Shown: one piece after another, positions 13,194 to 26,501 of the stretch
How the letters are laid out: each line of letters begins with the position of its first letter
Numbering within the stretch: position 1 is the first letter of the stretch
From: Eledone cirrhosa
Taxonomy: Eukaryota
Direction: 5' to 3'
Length of the DNA stretch: 64,000 bases
Assembly (NCBI GenBank): GCA_964016885.1
Contig: OZ024742.1
Span: forward strand, 161,076,001-161,140,000
The notes under the pieces: model-generated
Databases searched by the model: none
Told to the model about the DNA's origin: nothing
The model's input: the letters and a program-made list of their open reading frames with translations, nothing else
Made by a program: the position numbers and the translations under genes

Positions 13194-13257
<64 letters not shown>

Positions 13258-13287
13258 TAATGATTCGTCAAGAAATATATAAATAAA

Positions 13288-13341
<54 letters not shown>

Positions 13342-13348
<7 letters not shown>

Positions 13349-13849
13349 TATTGAAGTTTGCTTGAAGCATTGTGGAACAATAAGTAAATATCTTTAAGTC
13401 GTTTGGAAGCCTCGACAATGCAAATGGGTAAATCACCGGGTAACAAGGTCCGGTGGTGGAGAGAGAGATGTAAGTGGGTGTACGTTGAGATGCGTGGTGT
13501 GTATAAGATGTGTGAGATGTGTAGAATGAAGGGAAGAGTATAAAGTATAAAATAAAAATAACAACACAAGAGAGAGTTACCTTGGGAGAGGAAAAAACCC
13601 CAGTTGATGGATGTGAATCCGAAATATATAGGGACTATTAAATCTCTCCCAAAGTAACTCTCTCTTGTGTTGTTATTTTTATTTTATCCTTTATACTCTT
13701 CCCTTCATTCTACACATCTCACACATCTTATACACACCACGCATCTCAACGTACACCCACTTACATCTCTCTCTCCACCACCGGACCTTGTTACCCGGAG
13801 ATTTACCCATTTGCATTGTCGAGGCTTCCAAACGACTTAAAGATATTTA
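13342..13849 (+). mobile_element. Fold-back PLE-derived element: 206-bp inverted arms around a decayed hammerhead
   Basis: Arms at 13385-13590 and 13644-13849. The spacer has CCC-CAGTTGA-T-GGAT GTGA ATCC-GAAA-TATATA-GGG. (TA)n on both sides. Confidence 0.7.
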
Positions 13850-13904
13850 TATATATATATTTTTTTTTATTTTTTTTATTTTATAAAATAAAATATTGAT
13901 TTAT

Positions 13905-14110
13905 CAACTTCTGCCGCTCTCTGATAGGTTTGTTGTAGAACCTTTAACAGTGGAGACTTCCGGTGTTTCTGGCTCCTGGACCACCTCCTTACTCACTGCT
14001 ATGGGAGCGGAGTTGGCTGCCTGGAGATGGATTGTCTGTTCCAGCGCGTCTCCCTCGCCGTCCTCCTGAGCAATGTAATCTCCATCCTGTCAGCTGGGAC
14101 CCAAGTTAGT
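13905..14110 (+). pseudogene. C-terminal restriction-like endonuclease remnant of a CRE-like non-LTR retrotransposon
   Basis: Translates with a frameshift as DRFVVEPLTVETSGVSGSWTTSLL...LFQRVSLAVLLSNVISIL, resembling the P.AVET.G...L.QR.S.A...GN motif of CRE-clade ORF ends. Confidence 0.6.
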
Positions 14111-15029
14111 TGAAGGAGGAAGATACTCGTTCAGACATCACTTTTTCTCTATTTATTTAAAAACCTCTTTATTTATTTATTCATACTAAACATATTCAGA
14201 TTGAAGCTTGAAGCTCATGTGTAAACATTTGAGGAACTATCGAAAATTTATGTTAAATCTTTAAAAGCCTCATCTTACCAAACCGTCTGAAACTGTCCCA
14301 GGTTTAACGATAGGCAAATGTTCTGTAGTGTTTATGTTTATCTAAAAAAACTCTTCTTCGCCCACTTATTCCTGTGGGAATCGCGAGGTTAAGCACCACA
14401 CACGCCTTTCTAGCAGGTCCTATCGGGAGCTAACTTCTTCATCATGATTTTATTTAGGAACCTTTGTTAAAATGTGTTCCAAACACCAGCTTAAGGATGA
14501 GAAAGTTATATTACTTAATCCATCCAATGTCTTATTTTCAAAAGAATTTTGAAAATCATCAGTAGTATCTTTCTTGGATCCTCCATCGTTTTAGGCGATG
14601 AGCAATCAGTTGTTTGGTTAAATCAACGTCCAACTCTCAAATCAAAATTTAATATTTATGTTTCTTTGTGTTGAGGTGGAACATCCTTTCTCACCGAAAA
14701 AAAGTCTCCCTCCTTCCTCTTCCAGATACGAAAGTGTAAAAAAGAATTCAGTGGGATACGGGAAAAGGAGGGTGGATAAAGACCCAACTGGAATTTTTCC
14801 CGGCACTCTTTGAAGTTAACGTTGAAGAGTGGGTCTCCTTGTTCTGTGGTCACGTAGGTAAACTGATCGTCTGCAACACCTCCTTAATAGCCCCACGGTG
14901 TGGTTACCTAGCTGTCTGGCTGCCTGGTTGTCTGGTGGGCAGAGGAAATTGTCTATTTAACAAATTGTTTATGTTCCTATTACAGCCAGTGTTTTATAGT
15001 GTACCCAAGGATTAAGGCAAAAAAAACAG

Positions 15030-15283
15030 CTCTCTCTCTCTCTCTCTCACACACTATTTCTCCCTCTCTATCTCTTTCTCCTCCCTCTTTATTTCTCTCC
15101 TTTTGTTCCTTTCCCTCTCCTTCTCCTCACTTTCTCCTTCTCTCCTACTGTCTATCCCTCACGTTCTTTCTTTCTCTCTCACACTCTATTTCTCTCTCTC
15201 TCTCTTACTTTCTATCTTTCCCTTTCTTTCTCTCTCACACTCTATATTTCTATCTCACCTTCCCACCTTCCACCTCTCTCTCA

Positions 15284-15325
<42 letters not shown>

Positions 15326-15465
15326 TACTTTCTATCTCTCCCTTTCTTTCTCTCTCTCTCACACACTCTATATTTCTCTCTCACCTTCCCACCTCCACCT
15401 TCCACCTCTCTCTCTCACTCTCTCTCTTACTTTCTATCTCTTCCTTTCTTTCTCTCTCACACTCT

Positions 15466-15532
<67 letters not shown>

Positions 15533-17230
15533 ACGCTCTCTCTCTCTCTATTTTACTTTCTGTATTTTTCGCTACTCTTCTACTCTCTCTCTCCTAATTT
15601 CTCCCTCATTTTCTATCTCTCTTCCCCTCTCTCTCCTCCATATATCTCTCTCCTTCTTTCTCAAGAAAATCTCTGTATATAACTGATGCATCTCACTCTC
15701 CCATTCTCTCTCTTTCTGCCCCCTTCTCTCTCTCTCACCCCCTCTCTCTCTCACACACACTTTCACTCTCTTTTAAACAATATACATATGTTGGTTGGCT
15801 CAAGTTGGTTGGATTTTTTTAAACGATTTTCTTTCTTTTTCTACACTTCTTCGTTATTTTTCTTCCTTTTTCTTTTTTTACTTCTTCGTTTTTTTTCTTA
15901 TTCTCCCTTTCTTCTGACTTCTTATTACTTTTCCTCTTTCTTTTTCTCTATTTATTTTTCTTTCTTTTTCTTCCTACTTCTTTGTACTTTTTTCTTATTT
16001 CTTTCACTTTTTCTTCCTACGTCCTCTTCTTTCATTTTCTTTATCCTGTTTTATTTGTTTTTCTTTTTTTCTTTTTATTCTTCATAATTTTCTTCTTTTT
16101 AGCTTCATTCTTTTTATATCGCTCTTTCTTTCTTTTTCCTTCTTTTTTTTCCTAAATATCTCTTTCTCCTTCATTCTCTCTCTCTCATTTTTTTATTTTT
16201 CCCTCCTCGCTTCTATATTTCTCTTTCACTTTCTCTCTCTCGTTCTTTTTTTCTCTCGCTTTCTAGAAACCCTCTGTATATGACTAATGCATCTCTCTCT
16301 CTCTCTCTCTTCCCTCTCTTTCTCCCTTTCTCTCTCTCTCTTCCCCCTCTCTCCCCACTATCCCACTCTCTCTCCCGTTCTCTCTCTCCCACTCTCTCTC
16401 TCTCCTGTACTCTCTCTCCTGCTATCTCTATCTCTCTCTCTCGCTCTCTCACTCTCTCGCTCTCCCTCTCTCTCTCCCTCTATCCTCCCCCTCTCTCTCT
16501 CACTCTCTCTCTCTCCCGCGCTGTCTCTCTCCTGCTCTCTCTCTTGCTCACCCCCCCTCTCCCTCTCTCTCTCTCTCTCTCGCTCTCTCTCTCGCTCTCT
16601 CTCTCTCTCAATATTCATGTAGTAGATGTATTATTGATGAAAGCAAAGTTGACCACAGTTCAAATCCCGCCGAGGTTAAGTTTGCCTTTCATCCTTACAA
16701 GGTCGATAAAATAAAGTACCAGTAATGCACTGGGATAATTGCTGGTCTTGTGCCAATAAGTTGAAACAATTATTAAAACAACACATTCCGTTATTTTTGT
16801 TTGGCTTCAATGTAGTAAATTTGGAGATTTTTAAAAACATCTTTTTTTTCTTCATTTTGCCCACTTCATCATATTCTTCTTCTTTCTTTCGTTTTCCATG
16901 CTCCTTCGTACTTTACTTCCTTTTTTTCTTTTTCTTTTTTTCCTTTTTTTTCTTCATTCCTTATTCGTCGTAACATTTTATTTTTCTTTCAATTTCTTTC
17001 TATTTCTCACTTTTTTCTTCTTTCTTTTTTCTTTATTCTTCGTATTTTTCTTTCTTTTTTTTCCTCCTTCATATATTTTTCTTTTCTTTCTTATTTTTCC
17101 CTATTCCACATAAATTTTATTCTTTTTCCTTTGTTTTTCTGAAACTTCATACTTTTTCTGTTTTCCTCTTTTCTTCGTACTTTTCTCAATTGTTCTTTCC
17201 ATTTTTCCACTTCTGTATTTTATTCTTCTA
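15030..17230. repeat. Long polypyrimidine/(CT)n low-complexity region (contains a partial SINE)
   Basis: Read directly; source of the SL/F-rich spurious ORFs. Confidence 0.9.
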
Positions 17231-17553
17231 GTTTCACCCCCACTTTCTTCGTATCTTTGTCATTTTTCTGATGAGTGTGTGTGGGGGGGGGGGGGGGTCA
17301 CACTGTTGGGCCACAGTCAACAAAGGACAAGTCGATGTGACATAGAGCGGTGCGCCTGGATTAGGGACCAATAAATAAAAAGATGCTTGAATGAGAGGCA
17401 GAAAGGAGCCAGTTATTGACATGCTTGTGTAAGTATACACTAATATACGTGCGAACGTGTATGCGAGTGTACACATATTTATGCACACACTCTCACGCAC
17501 ACACACACACTCACACACATACACACTCAGGCACACACACATATATACACACA

Positions 17554-17591
<38 letters not shown>

Positions 17592-17753
17592 TGACTGTTT
17601 TAAATATATTTGTGAGTGTATGAACTTAGTTCTGTTATTTGAGTGTTATATCAATGCATGGGTTCCCAAATATAAAAATACATCACGATATACAAATCGA
17701 GGTTTAAGCTTGTAGAGAAAAAATATTTTTAAAATATACAAACACGCGCCTAC

Positions 17754-17862
<109 letters not shown>

Positions 17863-17873
17863 TATATATATAT

Positions 17874-18378
17874 ATATTGTTATACTTTGGGAGGGTCATG
17901 TTGCCAATAAGAAACACACGCACCAGTTGCTTTCACTTCAATTTATTATAATAAATTTATAAATAAAGGAATTTATAAATTTCCGGTTGGTTGGTTGCTT
18001 CCACAACCAGATGGTTGTTTATATATTGTCAAAGTTCTTTCGTCTAAGCACACAACACACACACAAAAACAAGATGGCGTAGGATAGAACAAAGGAAAGG
18101 CACAAAAAACAAAGAAAAGAACCCTCAATCACTGAAGAGGTCACAGAATATGTGACCAAAGAACTTTGACAATATATAAACAACCATCTAGTTGTGGAAC
18201 CAACCAACCAACCGGAAATTTATAAATTCCTAAATTTATAAATTTATTATAATAAATTGAAGTGAAAGCAACTGGTGCGTGTGTTTCATATTGGCAACAT
18301 GACCCTCCCAAAATATAACAATATCGGTTTCAACACATGTTTTCAGATAAAGAATCTTGCTAAACAAATTCAGAAACG
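17874..18378 (+). mobile_element. Fold-back pLTR of a Penelope-like family (same family as 49655-50310)
   Basis: Inverted arms at 17874-18040 and 18158-18324. Hammerhead at 18128-18170 with GAAA mutated to CAAA. (TA)n flanks. Confidence 0.75.
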
Positions 18379-18432
18379 ATATATATATATATAGTAATAA
18401 TAAATGTGAAGACTAAGGGCTCGATAAGGACT

Positions 18433-18486
<54 letters not shown>

Positions 18487-18569
18487 AGAGTAAATATTTA
18501 TTAAAAGAACAGATTAAAGTTTAAGCAAAGAATCGCTGCTTTCATTCTTAACGGGGACTTTTGAAACTG

Positions 18570-18603
<34 letters not shown>

Positions 18604-18607
18604 ATAA

Positions 18608-18925
18608 AGATCCCCTTCAGTCACGAATGGCCAAGGGATTTGCGCCTAGAAAGTTCTCCCTTCGAGGTACAAGTCCGAGCTGTTGTTTATGGGAGACCAG
18701 CAGTCACCCATGCATACCAGTCTCCCCTCTTCATGGGAAAGGCAATGGCCGATACAGCATGGTACCAGTGACGTCGCAACTTATTTCTACAGCTGAGTAA
18801 GCTGGTGCAATGTCAAATAAGGTGTTTTGCTCAAGGACACAATGCATCACCCGGTCTGAGAATCGAACTCATAAACTCATGATTGCTAGCCCAACGCTCT
18901 AACCACTAAGCCATGTGCCTTCACA
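18608..18925 (-). mobile_element. tRNA-derived SINE family B (CORE-like)
   Basis: Minus strand: TGGCTTAGTGG A box, GTTCGATTC B box, GTGTCCTTGAGCAAAACA CORE-like segment. Relatives at ~25997-26052/26515-26800, 56519-56760 and 63698-63905. Confidence 0.7.
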
Positions 18926-19021
18926 TATAGATGTGTGTGTGTGATTGTGTATATATATTTCACGAAGTGAAATATTCATTCGTGTAGCTTTTAGTTTTAG
19001 GTGTTTGTCACATTTGATCTT

Positions 19022-19102
19022 ATCTCTCCCTGATGAAGCCTACGGATTACAAACACAATTCTCAGGGCGAAACAGATTAAATCTCTAATCTGTCCGGGAG
19101 AT
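19022..19102 (+). ncRNA. Type I hammerhead ribozyme with a full stem III
   Basis: ATCTCTCC-CTGATGA-AGCC...GGC-GAAA-CAGATTA aatctc TAATCTG-TC-CGGGAGAT. GUC triplet at 19092-19094; one C-C mismatch at the base of stem I. Confidence 0.85.
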
Positions 19103-19417
19103 GAAATAGTTATTGAAATGGTCTGTACATTTTACTCTTTATCCTGTATTTTCCGTTTGCTTCAGGTTAAATCTGTGAAACCAACGAGGTAGCCCCCGTA
19201 ATTTTAAACACACAGTTTACTGTGTTTATTACTTTATATATTATTATATATATATGTGTGTGTGTTTGTTTCTGTGTGTACATATATAAATACACACATA
19301 TGTATCCATATATTCATACAGCTATTTATGGTGTAATATTATTGAAATAATTTATTTCACAGCTCTAGCATCACTCCTTCATAGTCCCCCTATGAATTGT
19401 TCAGCCCACACTCGTGT

Positions 19418-19630
<213 letters not shown>

Positions 19631-19634
19631 AAAA

Positions 19635-20100
19635 TTAGGTTGGACAGAAAGTTTTCGACATTTTTCAAATTTTTATTGACTTTGTCGTTTGTCAAAATAA
19701 CTGTCTGCCATCGTTTAGAAAGGCACATGATTCCATCTATTTAAAATTCTACTGTCTTAGATGCAAAGAATTCTGTCTGTTACTGATTGGCTGGTCTTCA
19801 TTGGTGAAGGTTTTTGTCCGCATTGCATTGCTCATTGAGAGAAGAAGGTGATAGTCTTTAGGCGCAAAGTCAGGCGAATACGGCTGGTGAGCCTGAACCT
19901 CCAAGTCAAGTCCCAGAATCTTCTCACGGGTCATCCTTAATGTATATACAGCCGAGTGTTGTCATGAAGGAATCGAACAGGACCATGGTGTATGCGTACC
20001 TGTGCGATTTTCGCCAATAATCTGTGATGTTGTTAGCAATAGACGTCAAAGGTTATGCTGGTGTTCTGTGGGAAACAGCTCATAGTGGATGGCATCTTTC
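19635..20100 (-). mobile_element. mariner transposon remnant (3' part)
   Basis: TIR-like TTAGGTTGGACAGAAAGT at 19635. ORF 19749-19934 contains HQPYSPDFAPKDYHL (YSPDLAP-type motif). Confidence 0.85.
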
Positions 20101-20399
20101 CAGTAGGGCCTAGTGACGGTGGAAGCCAGCATTTGCTTGCCGTTGTGATGCACTCTCTTTATCACAAAGTAATTGTCAATTTTCCATCGTGTTGTATTAA
20201 ACTTTAGTTTGCTTGGTGCACCATAAATTCTAGAGACATGTCTGAAAACTCATGAACAAATCCAATGTCATGTTCAATCTTCAAAATAGGAACTCTTCTC
20301 ATATTGACAGGGAAACAAGAAACACGTGACTGTTATGGTTCTGACAATAATTCTCACTGAGAGCGGCATTGCATTTATAGGTAGTGAAAAGATCATAAG

Positions 20400-22885
20400 A
20401 TCTACAATGGGAATTTCTTAATTTGATTAATTTCCGATGAAACACTAGATAGGATTCAGCAACCTTGGAAGTGGTAAGCAGTCATATTTATCACCAATAA
20501 TCTGTGAAGAACAAATTGTTGATGGCAAAATATGTTAAGAATCATATGCAGCAGAAATTAAAACTTTCAAGTACCGGGATTGTTAGCATTTAAGAACCCT
20601 CTCCCCAACAAAATGGCTCATAAAATAACATACGTGTTACATGCAAAGTTTAGGTAGCTGCTAGGTTAAGGAATTTTCTAAATATCCTCTGCTGAAATGG
20701 GAAGGGGTTCTTATATGACAGAAAGTTCTATATGCCATCAAATACAGTACTTCTCAGTTTCAGTAGATTTGACAGCCGTTTGGCTTATGTCGATCAGTTT
20801 ATATTTATTGTGCGCTATCATGTTTCTTGGAAACCGATTTGACTTTCCTGTAGGCTGGCGCTCACAAGTCTGAAGTACTAGCTATTTCTCTGCTATAATT
20901 TTTAAAAGAATTGATTTTGAAGACTGCAGCGGACAGTCCAATGACAGTGCCAGCAATATATCTGATCACTACACAGTAATACAACCCAGCTATTAGGATA
21001 AGAACTCGGCAGCTGCTTTTATCCCTTTTGCTTCTAACTCATCGAATCTAGTTGAACATTTTACTGCCTCATGCTGTAATGAAGCTGTCAATTATTTTGA
21101 CTTCATACATAGGTTATAGACCTTTTTTTCCTTTCCATCAACGTGCAGATGGAAAAATCTAATGAAGTCTTTGGAAAGTATGAAACGAACACTAATTGTA
21201 AAATATATTTCGAACACACATTGTAGATGGGTGAAACTACATTTAAAATATACTTTGATATTGAAAGTGATTTGGAACAAACACCTAAAGCAAGATATGA
21301 TCGACAGACATTGGCAGACAAAGGAACTGTCTGGATTTCTCTGAAATCTAATTTGTGTACAATTCAACAGCACAAACAAAGATTTTCAAGGATCTGAAGT
21401 GGACCTGAACAGAGTGGTGGATCTAACTGACTTTCTTGAGAAGTTTCTAAAATCCTTTTGGGGTTGGTATTAAGTGTTAAAACTGTAAGTCAAGAACTTC
21501 TGAGCTATTACCAACTACAAAGCAACAATAGGTAGGCCAGCATGACAACGCAAATCCAATATCAGTATGAGAGGAAATTGTTCGTTCTCCAGGAGACAAA
21601 CTCAGATGCAGGACGTTTAATGCATTAATATTATTTCAGATCAGTTGTGTGTTGCCTTACAAATATGCAAGTCGGCCTATGAATTGGTACATAAGTTCAA
21701 AACTATAGTGAAATTATGTAGTTTATCTGATGCAAAGATAAGAACTGAAGATGTGAAACTTATCACTACCTCGTAAGTTTGGTTATGTGGTGACGGAAGA
21801 AATTGCCCACTTTACAGAATTTACAAAGCTCAGGCCATCTCAACGGGCAGTGCTACTCTATGCTGAATGGCTTGCTGATACCTTTCCAGGTGTTGATGTA
21901 GTTGTTATAGTATATTTGTGCTTCATAGTAATTGAGATCATTCAGCAAATTAGCACTCATAAAGATTTAACTGTGAATCACGGTGACCTAGAAAATACTA
22001 AGTTCTCTCTGCCTACAGGGTGTAGAGAGAAGTGTTCTAAAGATGATGCTGTTTGATGAGTTCATTGAAGATTTTTCAGATGTGGAAACAAAGACTTTTT
22101 GTAGGTATTATAGTGATACATATCACTATAAGTAGATATAACTTGCTGTACTTAGTTTAGCTAACGTTTTGCATTGATAGATATATTTAACCTTATTATG
22201 GTGGATTTGATACGTTTTGGCCAAAGCTAAAATCGTTGTGGCAGCTTTGACACTAACATGTCAATACATTTATATATAACATTTAACAATAAATGTAATC
22301 TGAGTTTTTCGAATATTAATAACAATATTCGATTCGTTTGCAATTATGCAAACAAGCCTCAATTTTTCACTAGCTCTGACAGTTTGGCAGGTGAACAGTG
22401 AGCTGTACTGATGAAGGGTGATACCCAGAAACATTAGTGTCTGCAGTTCTGTTCGCATGCCAACATAAGAGCAAGAATGAAGTCTTCATTCTACTGACAT
22501 GGCTATAAAATTGAGGCTTGTTTGCATAATTGCAAACGAATCGAATGTTGTTATTAATATTCGAAAAATTCAGATTACATTTATTGTATTCAGCGATGTA
22601 GCGCGAAATTTTCTTTTTTAACATTTAACATATTTCCATTTAACGTTTACGTATGTATCTGTATTTCAATATTATATTTATGAATTTACATTTATGTATT
22701 ACAGGTCAGGTTTTTGGCTCTTATCATTTATATGTATGTATAACTTGTCAATTCCAATTACATACAATAAGCAGTGGGTATTTGTAATTTTGTGGGTTTG
22801 CTATGTATTATAATTTTTGTGTAAGCAGTGGAGATGTGTACCAAGCCAGTAGTGTCCCGGGCCCACATGTTTAAATCCGGCCCTG
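20400..22885 (+). mobile_element. Highly decayed hAT (Tip100-like) transposon
   Basis: Fragments read as SYLSPIICEEQI, CSGQSNDSASNIS and FIPFASNSSNLV. Terminus AATCCGGCCCTG at 22874-22885. The left boundary is uncertain. Confidence 0.6.
22384..22463 (+). ncRNA. Type I hammerhead ribozyme with extended stem I, inside 81-bp inverted arms
   Basis: GAGCTGTA-CTGATGA-AGGGT GAT ACCCA-GAAA-CATTAGTG-TC-TGCAGTTC. Additional pairing TTGGCA/TGCCAA. Arms at 22286-22366 and 22507-22587. Confidence 0.85.
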
Positions 22886-23158
22886 TTAGAATTACGTATA
22901 TATTTTCATTTTCTTCTAGTTACTAAAAGTTATATGGTCAGCTAGATGATGTTTTGTTTGAATTGGTAAATCGTAAAATTACATCCGTTTTTTGTTTTTT
23001 TTTATATTTTCAACGAATCTGGCCTCCAGTCGGAAAGTAACGATAAAATATGTTTAAGATCATATCCAATAGATATGAATTTCCGAATCACGCATAGATA
23101 TACATGTGTGTGTGTGTGGGTGGGTGTATGTGGCTGTGGGGGTGTGGTGTGTGTGTGC

Positions 23159-23267
<109 letters not shown>

Positions 23268-23728
23268 TGCCTGTCTGTGTATATAGTAAAAAAGTCTCTG
23301 ATAATTGATAGAATAACCGAACCTGGTATCCAAGAATATTATATAGTTAAACAAATCTTACGTAAGTGTAAAGCACGTAAGTTGATAAGGAATTGAAAGA
23401 TAAATATTTGTAATATCATTTTAAAAAAAACCCTTTCGAGAGTAAGACTGTCAAGGTGGTTGAGTAGTATAACAGCCGGTTACATATATCTGCCTATATC
23501 CAATACATGCTTTTAAATACTTACTTTACATATGAAAGAGGGCGATGACGCAAAACGGTCGGGAACCCCTGGTCTGACGCATTCACAGCTTTGCACAGAC
23601 AAACAAACAAAAACAATGCACATACACACAAACGCACGTACACACACTCACGTATATACACACATACACACATGCACGCGTACTCACACAAAGTATACAA
23701 GAATTATCTTCTTTTAAAACGTCCCCAA

Positions 23729-24503
23729 TCTATAATATAATAAAGGGAGGAGTGCGGGACAGCGTCCGTTTTATAATTTTTTTATCCCGTTAGTAAAATA
23801 AGTTGGATTACTTTAAATAAATAATTGTTCTACTTTAGGCACAAGGCCAGCAATTACCCAGTGCATTACTGGCACTTTATTTTATCGACCCCGTAAGGAT
23901 GAAAGGCAAAGTCAACCTCGGTGGGATTTGAACTCAGATCGTAAAGGGACGTAACTATGCTGGAAAGCATGGCGTCCGACCCTCTACTGATACTGCCAAT
24001 CCAATGGCAGCTTTAAATAAATAATGAATGAATATTATGTAATTTATCTCCTAAATTTCGTAGCTCTTGATTAAACATAAATATTCTTATATGGAAACTA
24101 TAGCTTATTTTAAGATTCACTTCTTTAAAATGTTCAAATGTCAACACTTCCGGTTAGTGTCCATTATATTATAACACTTATTACATCATTTATATAAACG
24201 TTCATATATTTGCATCGTTATATAAGGTTTATTTAGGTCACTAATTTTTTACTTTTTCATTTTCATAACATTTTAGTTTATTATATATGCAGTTTATGTA
24301 TAATATCATCTTTTTTTTTAATGTATCATGGATTACTTTACTGACTACAGAAGATAGTGTAACACAGACTTCGTTCAATTTCTGCGCATATTGTCAATTA
24401 CAATTTCATTTGACGTATCATATCTACATGCATATATATTTGTGTATAATATCACACTACACATGCTAGCAGAAAACCACCCGAATGGTGGTTCTTCTGC
24501 TAG
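23729..24503 (+). mobile_element. Non-autonomous Helitron-like element (with inserted SINE)
   Basis: Starts TCTATAATATAATAAA and ends with hairpin CTAGCAGAAAACCACC...GGTGGTTCTTCTGCTAG. A near-identical end occurs at 46084-46119. Confidence 0.55.
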
Positions 24504-24641
24504 TATCTAAAATACTCAATGACCAGCATTTCCCAAAAATAATTGACTGGACTCACGTGCTTTTTCTCCAAATATTTGTTTCTGTTCCTTCCTCTTCTCA
24601 CTCTCAATCTTTTTGTTTCTTTTTTTTTTATTTCTCATTCT

Positions 24642-24680
24642 ATTTTCTGATGAAGGAGTAGTGTCCGAAACGTAAAAAAT
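24642..24680 (+). ncRNA. Minimal type I hammerhead ribozyme
   Basis: ATTTT-CTGATGA-AGGA GTAGTG TCC-GAAA-CGT-A-AAAAAT. Palindromic ACGT stem III. Confidence 0.75.
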
Positions 24681-25329
24681 CTTTTCCTATCAATCGTTAA
24701 ACTAATATATTTGTACAGTATTTTAACGATTGATAGGAAAAGATTTGTACTGCATTGTACAGTATTTGTACTGCATTGTTTGTTTTGTTGTTTCCGTTTA
24801 TATATATAAAACTGTGAGTTCAATACATCTGTATACACACTTAGTGTAGAGTTGACCTCATCTATAGAATGGATTATTTTACTAGATAGGCTACGGGTGA
24901 ATAGAGGGGGAGACAGAGAGAAAGAGGCAGGGAGAGAGACAGAAGGAAACAGATAGAGAGAGAATAATGAAAGGGTGTGTGTGAGTGTGTAAACATGTAT
25001 GTGTGTATACATGTGTGTATATATGTGTGTATACATGTCCATGTTTTGTGTGTGTGTGAGAGTGTGCGTATGTCCACTCTGGTAGTGAAGAAAAGTAAAC
25101 GTAGCGATAGGAACTCTTCTCTCCTCCCTCTCCTCCTACCATGAAGAGAGAGGGGGGGAGTAGTTTGTGTTGAAGTAGAGATGTTAATCCCTTTATAAAC
25201 ATGAAGGCTCCCTTTTTTCTTTTCTTTCAACTAAACGATGGAAAAAGACAAACACACTTGTGGAGGATGAGCAAACTGCATGAAGCGATATATATATTTA
25301 TATACGTGTGTGTGTATGTGTGTGTGTGT

Positions 25330-25377
<48 letters not shown>

Positions 25378-25594
25378 GTGTGTGTTTGTGTGTGTATATA
25401 TGTATTTATATATATATATATACACACTCACACATATATACGCATTCATATACATATACATATAAGTATATATACATATATATGCATAATATATACATAT
25501 ATATCTATGTGTGTGTATGTCTGAGTGTGTGTGTATGTCTGAGTGTATGTGTAGATATATATATGTGTGTTTGTATGAATATACATCTAAATAT

Positions 25595-25635
<41 letters not shown>

Positions 25636-25740
25636 TCTGAATTTGTGTGTGCATGTGTATATGTATGGTGTGTGTGTATATGTGAGTGTGTGTGAGTGTT
25701 AATATACATATATATATATATGTATATATGTATATATATG

Positions 25741-25823
<83 letters not shown>

Positions 25824-26281
25824 TTGTTAGAAACATATAGGATGAGCGTGTGAATGGCGAGTAAATATATCAACATACATCTTATTTAAACACTTCAGTT
25901 GATTTGTTCAGAGATTAGACAACGATGTACTGATGTACTGATGAACTTGTGGGCTGATGGGAATTTCAAATCATACTAGTGCACTTTGGATCAGTGTGGA
26001 GGCGCGTGGTCTAGTGGTTAAAGTGTTTCACTTACAATCAAAAGGCCGTGGATTGTTATTTTATTTCTATTTAATTAGGTTACTGTATTTTATGTGGTGT
26101 GTTTTGGCTAGTTAATATTTATTATATTTGGTTATTGTGTAGGTTTGTGTTAGAAAAAGTATTATATTTAATGTATCATGCCTCTGATACTGTGTAAAAT
26201 AAAATTCCATTTGGATTGTCTCTGGTGTGAGATGGTTCTTCTGTTAATCGGATTAAATATTTAACTGACAAAAGAGCATAT

Positions 26282-26501
26282 TCGAGGGGGTGTTGAAACG
26301 TTCCTTAGCTTTGGGTAAAAAAAAATACATGGGGATCAGTTAATTATGATTATATTCAACATATTCTCCTCTCGGATTCACACACTTATTGCAGCGGTCC
26401 TTCAGTTTTGCTGATGCCTGTAAAAAGAACTCGGAAGGTTGGGCCTCTAACTATCCTTTAGCGATACCCTTAAAGCCAGGAACACTTCAGCACCCTCTTG
26501 T
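26282..26501. mobile_element. mariner-derived MITE
   Basis: TIRs CGAGGGGGTGTTGAA / TTCAGCACCCTCTTG. A second copy lies at 35682-35888. Confidence 0.75.

Larger units (their letters stand above)
9569..13196 (+). mobile_element. Penelope-like retroelement (probably Naiad-type), 5'-truncated, with inverted pseudo-LTR
   Basis: RT+GIY-YIG ORF. 198-bp inverted repeats at 9569-9766 and 12911-13108 each hold a hammerhead. Flanked by (TA)n on both sides. Confidence 0.9.
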
